Assembly (NCBI RefSeq): GCF_000150275.1
Contig: NW_002061156.1
Coordinates: 1-9,130, forward strand
DNA length: 9,130 bases
Origin: Trichoplax adhaerens
Lineage: Eukaryota; Animalia; Placozoa
Reading direction: 5' to 3'
A program made the translations under genes and the position numbers. This document shows positions 1 to 9,130 of the stretch, piece by piece. Below the pieces are notes generated by a model that did not search any database, had not been told where the DNA came from, and was given only the letters and a program-made list of their open reading frames with translations. Numbering within the stretch: the first letter of the stretch is position 1; each line of letters begins with the position of its first letter.

Positions 1-3
1 CTA

Positions 4-185
4 TGATAAAGTGTATAAAAATCTTATTACAGGAACTCAAATTTCATGTAAAACTTCTATTTCATTACATAAACTAATTCTATTAATCTACCAAGGACTA
101 TCTATCTGAAGTTTAATTATCTAGCTTCTAACAACCGATTTTATCAGTTAAGTCACATTGCGAGAACTAAAATTTACTTTCGTGC
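4..185 (+). repeat. Diverged dispersed repeat, copy 1 (paralogous to about 7661-7900)
   Basis: Exact 17-mer ctaccaaggactatcta at 88-104 and 7747-7763. Collinear anchors: tgat(a/g)aagtgt (4 / 7661), aaacttc (51 / 7707), gtcacat (152 / 7801), aaatttact (170 / 7865), ttcgtgc (179 / 7894). Boundaries are approximate. Confidence 0.6.
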
Positions 186-1767
186 GATCTATTAACAGCT
201 AGCAATTCCGAATTGAAATACACAGTTATTTCTGTACTATATAAAATTAACGTAATCTATTAATAGATCAGAATCCTGAGAGAATCATGGCTGATACGCG
301 AGCATTTAGTTAGATATGGTCTGACATGAACCATAGATAAGAAAGGATGATGTTGTTGCGTATGTTTAAGTCCCTTTCCCAATATTTACGCGCTAAGCAT
401 TATACAAATCTCAGAATAATGAATACCTAAAGATTGAGAGTTGACCAATACTAATATTATAGATTAATGTGGACTTCGTTACTGCGTCATAAATTTCTAC
501 AGAGATGAGATCAATAAATCAAGAAACGACTTTTAAGCTTTACTTAAATGAAATAAAATACTCGTACGTCATGATTAATGAAATTTAAAATAATGAAAGA
601 CTCAATCTTTATATCTGACTAGAGATAGGAATTCTCAGTCCTTTGATCTATAAATTTATAATTAGTACCAAAATTTTCATAGGAATTTGGATCTTACACC
701 TAAAAAGTATAAATTATATGGCTTACATCAAACCTTCTTCGCTTTGAAAGTAATTATGTTTGCGTAACTATTTAGTTTTGAAAAAGCATCATCTATGCAT
801 CGCATTAAAAGAAATAAGGACAATTTGTCAATGAAAATGCAATAATAAAGAGATTCCTTTAATAAATATGGCAAAATTACAATAATTCTTTACATTAGTA
901 TTCAAGTATACGTCAATAGTTTATTAGAATATATCAGTTAATGAAGTAAATATAGCTCTTTTTGCTAATTAAGAAAAAAAATGATATCGGAGGATACTAA
1001 TAATTCAAAGTAAGCAAAAAGTAAACGATAGCATACCATGTATTGATTAATATTTATTAATACTTATTATTTGAGGGTGCCAGAAATGCGGTAATCACAG
1101 TTTGCAGCGTTTAAAACTTTAAGCGTTATCGTTACATTTCACTATCGTCCTTTGCCAATGTTTGATGGACGTCGAAAAATATAGTCTTAATACGAGGTAT
1201 ACATATATTTATTATGTGCTTACAAAACATCAATGTGTGTCTCTGGATGATTTATCATCAATGTACGTGTCTACATTTTTCACCGATTAATTCAAATATT
1301 AAATTTGATATTTAATAAGTTGCATGTACTTGAAAAATTTTCTGCATTTTGATTTGTTAGGGCTATTTTATAGTTTACCTTACACATAAGAAAAACGGTC
1401 GTGAATATAGTTTTGAATTCTAATTAAATTGTCCAAAAATATTTTACATTAAGCTTGCTAAAGATATTAATTTAATATTGGTAACAGATAGTACGGTGTA
1501 AATGTTTAAACATAGCTAATTCAGATGCAAAATATGATATACAATATCCTTGTTGCATTAAAAGTGTACGTTGGAGATTATGTTAGAGACAATAGTATAG
1601 ATTTTGCTACCGCATAGTCTTTTGAAAAAATTAATTATATAAGGTTGGAAACAATTAAGCATTGCTGCATTACAATATATAACCATATAGCCATTATAAT
1701 ATTAGTAAATAGTTTTAAACATTATTTACTGTATTGTACGCAATTAATATGAAGAATGGCTTTTGCT

Positions 1768-3153
1768 TTATAGGATAAATGTTATTAAGTTAGTGCGTTG
1801 ATTTTTGTTAATTTTCTTACATGATATAAAAATAGGTACAGTTATAAAGGCAAGCGCATTTATTAAACCGTCACACGGAAGTAGTAATAGAATGCTTGAG
1901 CCGATATCGTCAATTAGTCTAGACTTACGAGGCCTTAACATAGACCCATCAAAAATGGTAATAGCATTTAAAACAATTGAAGGAAACCAAAATAACATAT
2001 TTGTGCCAACCACCACGCTAGCGATAATAATTTCTAATAACTTGCCATTACTTGAAACGAGTGATGATCTAAATAATTACTTGTCTTAGCAGAAATTAAA
2101 GCTTGAGTGTTTTGTACTCGGTTAATGATCAAATCATACATAACGAATATAGATAGATATTAAGTCAGGTCCGCTACAGTTATAAATAGGGCATAGATCA
2201 TTGCATGAATATCTGATATACTATCAAGGATACAAAGGGCTGAATACCATGAAACAGAAGTTATATGTCTAGAAAAAAGTATAATTTGACCTCAGATGAC
2301 TGCTATAAGCCCATTTGATATTGCAAAACACCATACTGAAAGGCAACATTTGATTGCGCTTTTGTAATGTATTAGCGTAGAAATTTAAAGTGGATAAATC
2401 ATAGCGAAAAAGCGATCTTTGGCAACAATTAAAGTCGTAACGGTAGATACTACTGATCCTATGATAGTTAAAATTCTTAATGTTTGACATGATGATCTCC
2501 TCATCCATAACAGATGTAGTTAAGATCTATCAGCTAAAGACGAATTACTAAATGTACCACTGATCCTATGATAGTTAAAATTCTTAATGTTTGACATGAT
2601 GATCTCCTCATCCATAACAGATGTAGTTAAGATCTATCAGCTAAAGACGAATTACTAAATGTACTACTGATCCTATGATAGTTAAAAATCTTAATGTTTG
2701 ACATGTTGATCCCCTCGTCCATAACAGGTACAGTTTAGATCTATTAGCTGAAGACGAATTACTAAATGCAAAATTTTGAACATTGTTTATCCGTGGTCAA
2801 TATGCGCGCACTGTAGTCTGTGCTATAGAAAAGTAACTCTCAGACAACGCTAAAATGCAGAGATACATAGCCGACATAGCATCTACTAGACTTAAACTCT
2901 CTAAAAGAATTGTTACCCGGCGAGTTGATCTTTTACGATTATTTTCCTTGCTGCCACAAGGGCGGATGGGAACATCATTGGCCGCAAGGTTAGCTCGATT
3001 TCGCTTTTTGTGACTCAAATTTTGGTAACATACTGATAAGACATACACATTAGCTATAAAACCTAAAGGTCTAAATGCCCAAGCTAAAATCTCGGGTATG
3101 ATTTTGTGACGAAATATATCAAATGGCCCTTCTTCATATAAAGTTTCATCGTT
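1768..3153 (-). pseudogene. Disabled class A GPCR (LGR/RXFP/GRL101-like 7TM domain), single large 7TM exon
   Basis: Manual minus-strand translation gives class A motifs in the expected order and spacing. TM1 IIPEILAWAFRPLGFIANVYVL (GN-type Asn). TM2 ILLESLSLVDAMSAMYLCILALSESYF (LAxxD...YL..IA..D.Y-like). ECL1/TM3 WTRGSTCQTLRFLTIIGSVVSTVTTLIVAKDRFFAMIYPL (W...C, DRF). TM4 CCLSVWCFAI. ECL2 SALCIL. TM5 MIYALFITVADLT*YLSIFVMY. TM6 IIIASVVVGTNMLFWFPSIV. TM7 LLLLPCDGLINALAF (LP.NS..NP-like). Terminal TAA at 1768-1770. Lesions: stops at 2797-2799, 2385-2387, 2292-2294 and 2160-2162; a frameshift between about 2037 and 2076; a 214-bp out-of-frame expansion. Putative acceptor ttacaaatag| ends at 3154. 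The supplied ORFs 2797..3048 and 1768..2016 are fragments of this gene. The subfamily call comes from motif recognition, not a database search. Confidence 0.87.
2448..2768. repeat. Tandem direct repeat, 3 x 107 bp, inside the GPCR pseudogene
   Basis: Copies A 2448-2554, B 2555-2661 and C 2662-2768, each tac(t/c)actgatcctatgatag...gacgaattactaaatg. By hand alignment A and B differ at 1 site and C differs from A at 10 sites, with no indels. Confidence 0.97.
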
Positions 3154-3271
3154 CTATTTGTAATTGGTTTAGGTAATTGTAAGAAAAGTTCTGCTAGTGA
3201 TTTAGTAATGAAATCGAAAAAGTTAAAATTATGAGATCACATTCTGTTAAAGTTGTGAAAGTAAAACTTAC
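3154..3271 (-). other. Putative 118-nt GT-AG intron upstream of the 7TM exon
   Basis: Minus-strand donor AG|gtaagttt starts at 3271 and acceptor ...cctaaaccaattacaaatag| ends at 3154, directly before the open frame NDETLYEEGPFDIF. Confidence 0.55.
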
Positions 3272-3321
3272 CTATCTAAGTTGGTAATATTCCTGATAAT
3301 TCTTGGATGGTCGCTTGCAAT
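3272..3321 (-). pseudogene. Putative 50-nt upstream exon of the GPCR pseudogene (ectodomain linker)
   Basis: Preceded on the minus strand by a strong pyrimidine tract and acceptor (ctcacctcacttcatctttcttctcgacttag|) and followed by gtaagt. In the phase matching the next exon it reads (x)CKRPSKNYQEYYQLR* with TAG as its last codon, which would be a further lesion. Confidence 0.5.
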
Positions 3322-3732
3322 CTAAGTCGAGAAGAAAGATGAAGTGAGGTGAGTTTGTATTGTTTATTGATTTATGGTTTCATTGCTAAGTAAAAACTTA
3401 AGATTATCTACTAGGAGAAGATAATTTTAATTATGTATTTCATAAGGTTAAATCTTTTCAATATTTCAGTTTCTTTCAGTCTACATCCGTCCATTTTTTA
3501 TATGTTGTATTATCAAGTTAAAGTGTGTCGATTTACGAACCTATCATTATTAATGAAATCATTTCACATTGACAAGAACGAGTTTAAAATCTGGTAGATA
3601 ATTGTATCGAAATCTGTGGTTCAGTAAATACTAATTATTGTGCATGAACTAACTAGAGTTGATACTCCAACCGTATGTAAAGTTCGGATCACTCTGACTA
3701 GTTTTCGAATACTGACAAAGCTAAGTACTTAC

Positions 3733-3833
3733 TACCACTCATTCGTTTATTGATAATTACAACGGCTTTTATATGTGCGCCGTCAACACTTACAGTGTAA
3801 CGTTGTACAATACATAGTTTATGATATCCATAT
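3733..3833 (-). pseudogene. Putative 101-nt upstream exon (Cys-containing ectodomain remnant)
   Basis: Acceptor cctaattctag| and donor |gtaagta on the minus strand. Reads YGYHKLCIVQRYTVSVDGAHIKAVVIINKRMSG and ends in phase 1, compatible with the 3272-3321 exon. An alternative internal donor (gtaagtg near 3793) makes the boundary uncertain. Confidence 0.35.
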
Positions 3834-4189
3834 CTAGAATTAGGCAGACTTGTAAATTGTAAATTAGTCACGATAATTGATTCTATAATTATACAGCGTA
3901 AGTTAACTATCAATATGGACTGTAGATAATAACGCAGTTATCATCCATCCATCTTAAGCGTAGCATTACAAAATACATATATAGAAATACTGTAAGACAT
4001 ATCACTAATTATTAAACTGTAGTTAGTATTTGGAATTACCATGTGGGCTAGAATTTACTTCGATACTATTACAGCGTCATCGGATTATAAAAATAATAAC
4101 TTCCTTATTAAATTAGTACTTTATTAATTTAGATCAGCTTTATTGCCATCTACTCATTGTAATATTGTAATTTCTACCGCTATAAATCT

Positions 4190-4558
4190 TTGAAGATGAG
4201 CTACGAAAGTGATCATATTGGACTTATTCAGCGTACCAGGCAAGATTATCGTTTGGAAGAACTAGAAGACTCAGATTATTTCGTAATCTCTGACACGATT
4301 TACGACAGTAACATACGGCTGTTAATATTAAGAATTTACTCGCTTACTGCACCTAGCTTCGAATTCATTTATTTGCTTTTCTATTGCTTAGCATAATTAT
4401 CATTGTTCCTGACATATATACTTGTAATTAACACCTGCACGTATACTGTTAGAATATTCAATGAAATCGCGACACTAGAAAATACCATGGATGCTTCAAA
4501 TCAAGATATATTTGAGTATTTATCATCAATAGCAGATCTGGCAAAGATATTGTCTTAA
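4190..4558 (+). pseudogene. Possible degenerate coding remnant of a membrane protein
   Basis: ORF 4190-4396 continues in the same frame after a single TAA to 4558 (LSLFLTYILVINTCTYTVRIFNEIATLENTMDASNQDIFEYLSSIADLAKILS*). It has hydrophobic stretches and a weak TM2-like SIADL. No family is recognised. Confidence 0.22.
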
Positions 4559-5404
4559 ACTATTATCAGATTCATCGTAGAATTACTTATTAGTTATTTT
4601 GTATAAGTAGATTATAGAAAGAATTTTAATCAGAAATATACCGTATTTTATTTTGTGATTAACGTTATACAATGGCTATTTTGATATTTAGCTTAAGATA
4701 ACAGTTACAGTTTAATAATGTATTCTTGTCACCAATTATACAGTTGTTTAGAGTTTAAATTATAAGTAAGAGCTATTGATATTATAGCTCAAATGACATG
4801 GAAGTTTCACTGCGATGACCTTAAATTATGATATATATTTAGGATTAATACATAGCAAGTGCGTTTACGTGTATATTTGATGGCTAATTGATTGTCTAGA
4901 CTTTTACGTTGCTTTCAACTTTGTAATAACACGGCTTGAGGTATATTTCATCTACTTATGCTAAACTTATATAAATTTAAACTACTTCTCTCAGAATATT
5001 TCATTATGTTTCTCCTATATTATAAGTACAGTATACTGCTGCGAATATACTTAAATTACAGATCAGAGATTAGGTTGCAAGGCTCCATGGCAGTAAACAA
5101 AGGTATGGTATCGCTGAATGACTGTTCGAAGTACACGAGATAACCTTTTTTATATATTAATGCATAAAATTATGTTCGCTACTATGTAATGTCGATCACA
5201 TACAACATACATGTGTACATAAATTCAGCATATTCTTATATATTTATAATTGTTAATAATTATTACGAATTGTTAATTGTTAATAAGGGCATAGTCGAAT
5301 AGGTATACAGTCAGTAGATATTGCAATTTCGAGCCGGTAATTTTATTTGGAACTCTTGTAGAATATCTTCTATAGTCTGTTAATATCAGTGTTGAATTTT
5401 CATT

Positions 5405-6465
5405 GGCATCGAAACGAACGACTTTTAAAAACTAAAAACAAGGTTATGGCAGGGAGAGAAAGAAGAAATTAACGCTACAATTTCAAAAGGAAGTACTAGA
5501 CATATGTAATGAAATGAAAAGTGTAGAGATCAAGCTACGAAACTTTAATAAACTTTGGTTCTACTTTGGTTGGACTCCGGTCGACTTAACGAAACTTTGA
5601 CACCAAATTAAAATTTGGGGAAGTAATCGATCAACAATTTATTACAAAAAGAATGGAGAGAAGTATAAACCGAATAACCTTAAAAATACTCAACTTTAAG
5701 TATTAATAAAATAAGTGACAGACTTAAAAACTGTCAACAATCAAATAACCTTTCAAAAAGAAGAACGTTTTGACTTACGACAATTCGACCCCGAAGGCCT
5801 TTTAAATTCAAAAAGTTCTTCAAAAGAATCTTCTTCCACTCTCTCTCTAAATTTCTAATTGCACTATCATTTATAGGCTTCGGCTTCGTAGAGCCGTCTG
5901 AGGTATTTAAAACTAAACATTAACTAACCTATCGCTCTTAAGATCAATTTTAGAAAACTGCTTTGCACCAATTAAGAAAACAAAAATCATTCAAAGTTCA
6001 AACACAATTTACCCTATGATTCCCTTACAAAACATTATAAAACCAACAAGCTAACTATAAAATACATCAAACTTCACTTCTAATATAATCTCTATAATTA
6101 ATACATTATAAAAGTCTAAAAATTAACCTTTAAACATCAAGATTTAGTCATAAAAATAACAGTCTAACCTCTATATAGCCTGATTGCAGTTAGATAGCCC
6201 TTGGTAGTAGTGAGACGTAACAATCAACACAACCTCTGCCAATTTCCATCTTATTTCTATTTTCCTAGCTAAACTTTCCTAATGTGATTTTCTTGTCACG
6301 TCATAAAATTCCAAAGTTTCGAATTCAATACAAAAAGTTCAAATTTCAAAAATCAACTCTTACGATATTTTTCAGAAACTAAAATCCAAAAATTAAAAAC
6401 AGAAAATTATATCGGACATGAATCCGACCGGTTCCGGAATCTGAAAAATCTGGATTTTATAAAGA
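5405..6465. other. Compositionally distinct block of about 1 kb, origin unknown
   Basis: A-skewed plus strand with many A/T homopolymer runs and no ORF in the supplied track. CG exceeds GC (about 27 vs 19 by hand count over 5401-6480). I found no terminal inverted repeats or target-site duplication. Edges are approximate. Confidence 0.4.
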
Positions 6466-7660
6466 TTACAGTAATCGCTTATCAAGAAATTTTATATGAC
6501 TACTACGACTACTTTTCTGACATTAGTATCGCTTAGTATTGACAGTTGATGTTTTAGCGTCAGGTGGCACGGTAACTGTACGATTATAGACTACATTACA
6601 GTACTTATTGTCATGTTATAAATCCCCTTTCTCCATGGATATAGTTTTGTTACTAAATCAAATTCATTTATAGTTTGAATAGACTATCAAACGCCCTTTC
6701 TTTAGATTAGGCAATTGCTCTAGGGCTACTTCTATAGTAATTCATATAGTACCTTGTAATATAATGAAGAAGAAAAGATGGCGACATGATGATTTGGCAG
6801 GGTGAAACTTAAAGACACAATCACTTTATAGGTATTTTCTATAGTAAAATAATACTAGTTACATACTAAAAGCTATAAATGACACTCTGGTTTTAGTCCT
6901 TTACCACACATATAAGTTAGAAATTGCAATTTTTTAATAAAAGGCGAAGAGAATTTAAAGTTTATAAGTGCTGTAGCTCATTTATTTAATTTTATTCATT
7001 CGAAGCTCTTATTTCCTGAAATTATGAAGTAATTTTATTATTTTTAATTGTTCTTAAAGTTCAGATTAGCTTTAAGGCCGGTTCTGTACTAAAATCTTTT
7101 TTGTTTCAATCTCGGGTATTTAACAATAAATTTTTTTATTATCTACACTGGCTCATTGTATTGCCACAGTCAAACTTACTACTAAATTAGAGCAAAAAAA
7201 CACTTCTAAGGTTTAGTCCGGTACAATCGAAATGATGTTAAACAGGCAATCTCTATTGTATGAAAATTTATTTTGTATTAATTACTCAATCTGAATGCGA
7301 AAATTACAACAGACACATATAGACTGATATTAGATATTTCAGCGAAGACTTTTTGTAATAAATTTTATTTTAGTTTTCTTTGCTAGGTTGATTATTTTGC
7401 TTTGAAGTAAAACACGCTTTGTGTTGTCTTTTGAAAAAGATGAATTCTCCGTTCGGATTGAATATTTGCGAACATTAAAATCAAAATTAGAATAAAGGCG
7501 ATCCCTTGAAAGATTCGTGGTATTTACTAAATAGGTGAATTAATAATGAACGAGATAATGAAAGCTGTATCACTTATAATTACTGTATCTTAATATAAGT
7601 CCTAAATCGCTTCTTGTGCAAGTATTATTTACTCACTGTCAACACACTAACAGGCCTGTG

Positions 7661-7900
7661 TGATGAAGTGTCTTCTCAAAATATAACAAGAATTACAGTT
7701 TCTAGCAAACTTCACTTTCTTACATAAGATTATAATCGTTTCATAACTACCAAGGACTATCTAAATTATCACCGCAATATTCGCGATTTGAATACGATTC
7801 GTCACATAATGATTTTCCTTCGAATGTAATCGTATCTTACCAATTAAGTTACAAGATCATATCTAAATTTACTAACGCGCTATCAATTCATAATTCGTGC
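7661..7900 (+). repeat. Diverged dispersed repeat, copy 2 (paralogous to about 4-185)
   Basis: Same collinear anchors as copy 1, at an offset of about 7650-7715 bp. Confidence 0.6.
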
Positions 7901-9130
7901 TTCTAATTAAAGTGTCACGATACAAATCTCTGAGTGCTAACATAATTAGCGCTATCTACAAGTGTTATTATCTCAGAATCTTAATTTAAATAAACATCTC
8001 AGTATAATTACTACTACAATACGTACTGTCTACATCTTCCACAGAAAAAAACGAGCAGCGCGGGGGGTACTTATACTACTGTTAGATGACTGTGATTATG
8101 GGTTCATTTCAATAGGTCAGTATAAGATTCTTACAGTACTTTTTACCTCAAGATTTCTTTATGTAAAACGAATACCTCTAAGGTAGCAATTTCTGTAGAG
8201 TACTGATTATTAAAATAGTATTCGTTATGTCGCTAAGGGTGGCCACTGGGCCTTTAAATTTTGATTTGATGTAATATTCTGATGAAAATTGAATAAATAT
8301 GGAATCTTTATAGAGTTTTCTACACAGCCATTTTGATTGTTATATTTTCTTATAACGGTCGCTATCAACAGAGCAAGCTTTGCTTGCATACTCAAGCGAT
8401 CCTTAGACACATTATAATGATTGGTATAGAATTGACCACAGTACTAAGGACATTGTGCCGCACTGCAGATATCTTACAGTACCTGCTAATCTTAACTTGG
8501 TATGTCCATCACCATACATTAGTTATCATAATGTGCTCTGGACCATTAACTAATCTTAATATAGCATTTCATTCGTCAATGCATCATTGAAAAGCAATAT
8601 TCTACAAGCATTGCTGTGAATAAAGTAGTGCCTGGCTATTACTGGGATATATATAATGTCGAATGGTAATACTATCTGTTAATTATTAACAAATAAGTAC
8701 ATTATCGTAAACCTTCAGCAAAGCGACGTGTGAGTTTATACTAGTAGTCACTTAAACCAATCTTGCACTCTAACGTACATTTTAAGTTAAATTATTCTCG
8801 TATACGTTATTTGATCAATTTTTTATATAGTAGCTATCTAGCACGATACTGCTAGTATATCAATTTGATTAGTTAAAGTTAAGCATACTGCATGACAACA
8901 AAATTTTTCGAGGACATGAGCAAAGGCTATCATTACATAAATCAAACTGTATCTGTTATTTTTCAAGAAGCTGAATATTAAGGTAGTTATTACCAATATC
9001 TAATACAAAGAAGGGAAATTATCGCTTGTAATAGCATTTGCTTTAAGTTAAGGTTCGTATTCTGACCAATAAATATGTTCTTGGCCCTTTGTGGTTGTTC
9101 ACGCCCCACAGCATGAGTAGAATAAGGGAT

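Noticed and set aside
255-268. 14-bp perfect palindrome atctattaatagat
   Set aside because: Almost all A/T, isolated, and plausible by chance in AT-rich DNA.
1805-2089. 94-aa plus-strand ORF as an independent gene
   Set aside because: It lies antisense to TM6-TM7 of the GPCR, has a TTG start and no recognisable domain. Best explained as a shadow ORF.
2269-2508. 79-aa minus-strand ORF (MDEEIIMS...)
   Set aside because: Off-frame reading of TM3-TM4. The conserved DRF and W motifs are in a different frame.
2448-2768. CRISPR array or other repeat-spacer system
   Set aside because: The units are contiguous 107-bp copies with no unique spacers and no cas genes nearby. The repeat is simply duplicated GPCR coding sequence.
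1768-3153. Alternative genetic code or programmed stop read-through rescuing the GPCR
   Set aside because: Both TGA and TAA interrupt the frame, and there is also a frameshift and an out-of-frame triplication. Ordinary decay explains it.
3725-3817. Plus-strand DNYNGFYMCAV as an Ig-domain D.G.Y.C motif
   Set aside because: The frame is only about 30 codons between stops, with no upstream Cys/Trp of an Ig fold. Splice signals favour the minus strand.
4770-4790. Hairpin gagctat-N7-atagctc as a terminator
   Set aside because: Weak 7-bp stem, no U-tract, and a eukaryotic context.
4958-5143. 61-aa ORF, or the 41-nt forward exon at 5062-5102
   Set aside because: Low-complexity Y/L/I-rich translation, and no partner exons found.
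5716-5896. Small inverted repeats (tgacag-N9-ctgtca; cggct-N6-agccg) and a short (CT)n run
   Set aside because: Too short to support an RNA structure or transposon end.
7962-8590. ORFs 7962..8186, 8225..8410 and 8333..8590 as intact genes
   Set aside because: Short, non-ATG starts, mutually overlapping in part, and no domain recognised.

Overview
AT-rich, low-coding-density DNA that looks eukaryotic (animal-like, short GT-AG introns), not prokaryotic. I see no operon, RNA gene, CRISPR array or recognisable transposon. The one well-supported gene-level feature is a decayed minus-strand class A (rhodopsin-family) GPCR of the LGR/RXFP/GRL101-like type at 1768-3153. All seven TM segments can be rebuilt in order, across four in-frame stops, one frameshift and a 3 x 107-bp tandem triplication (2448-2768) of the ECL1-TM3 segment. 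One or two small upstream exons probably belong to it. The two ends of the window share a diverged collinear repeat (about 4-185 and 7661-7900). Several flanking blocks (notably about 5405-6465, also 1-780, 4800-5100, 6480-6580 and 7700-8200) read more like natural DNA when complemented without reversing. If real, that points to an assembly or construction artefact rather than biology. I cannot support a novel biological system here. All translations and counts were done by hand.
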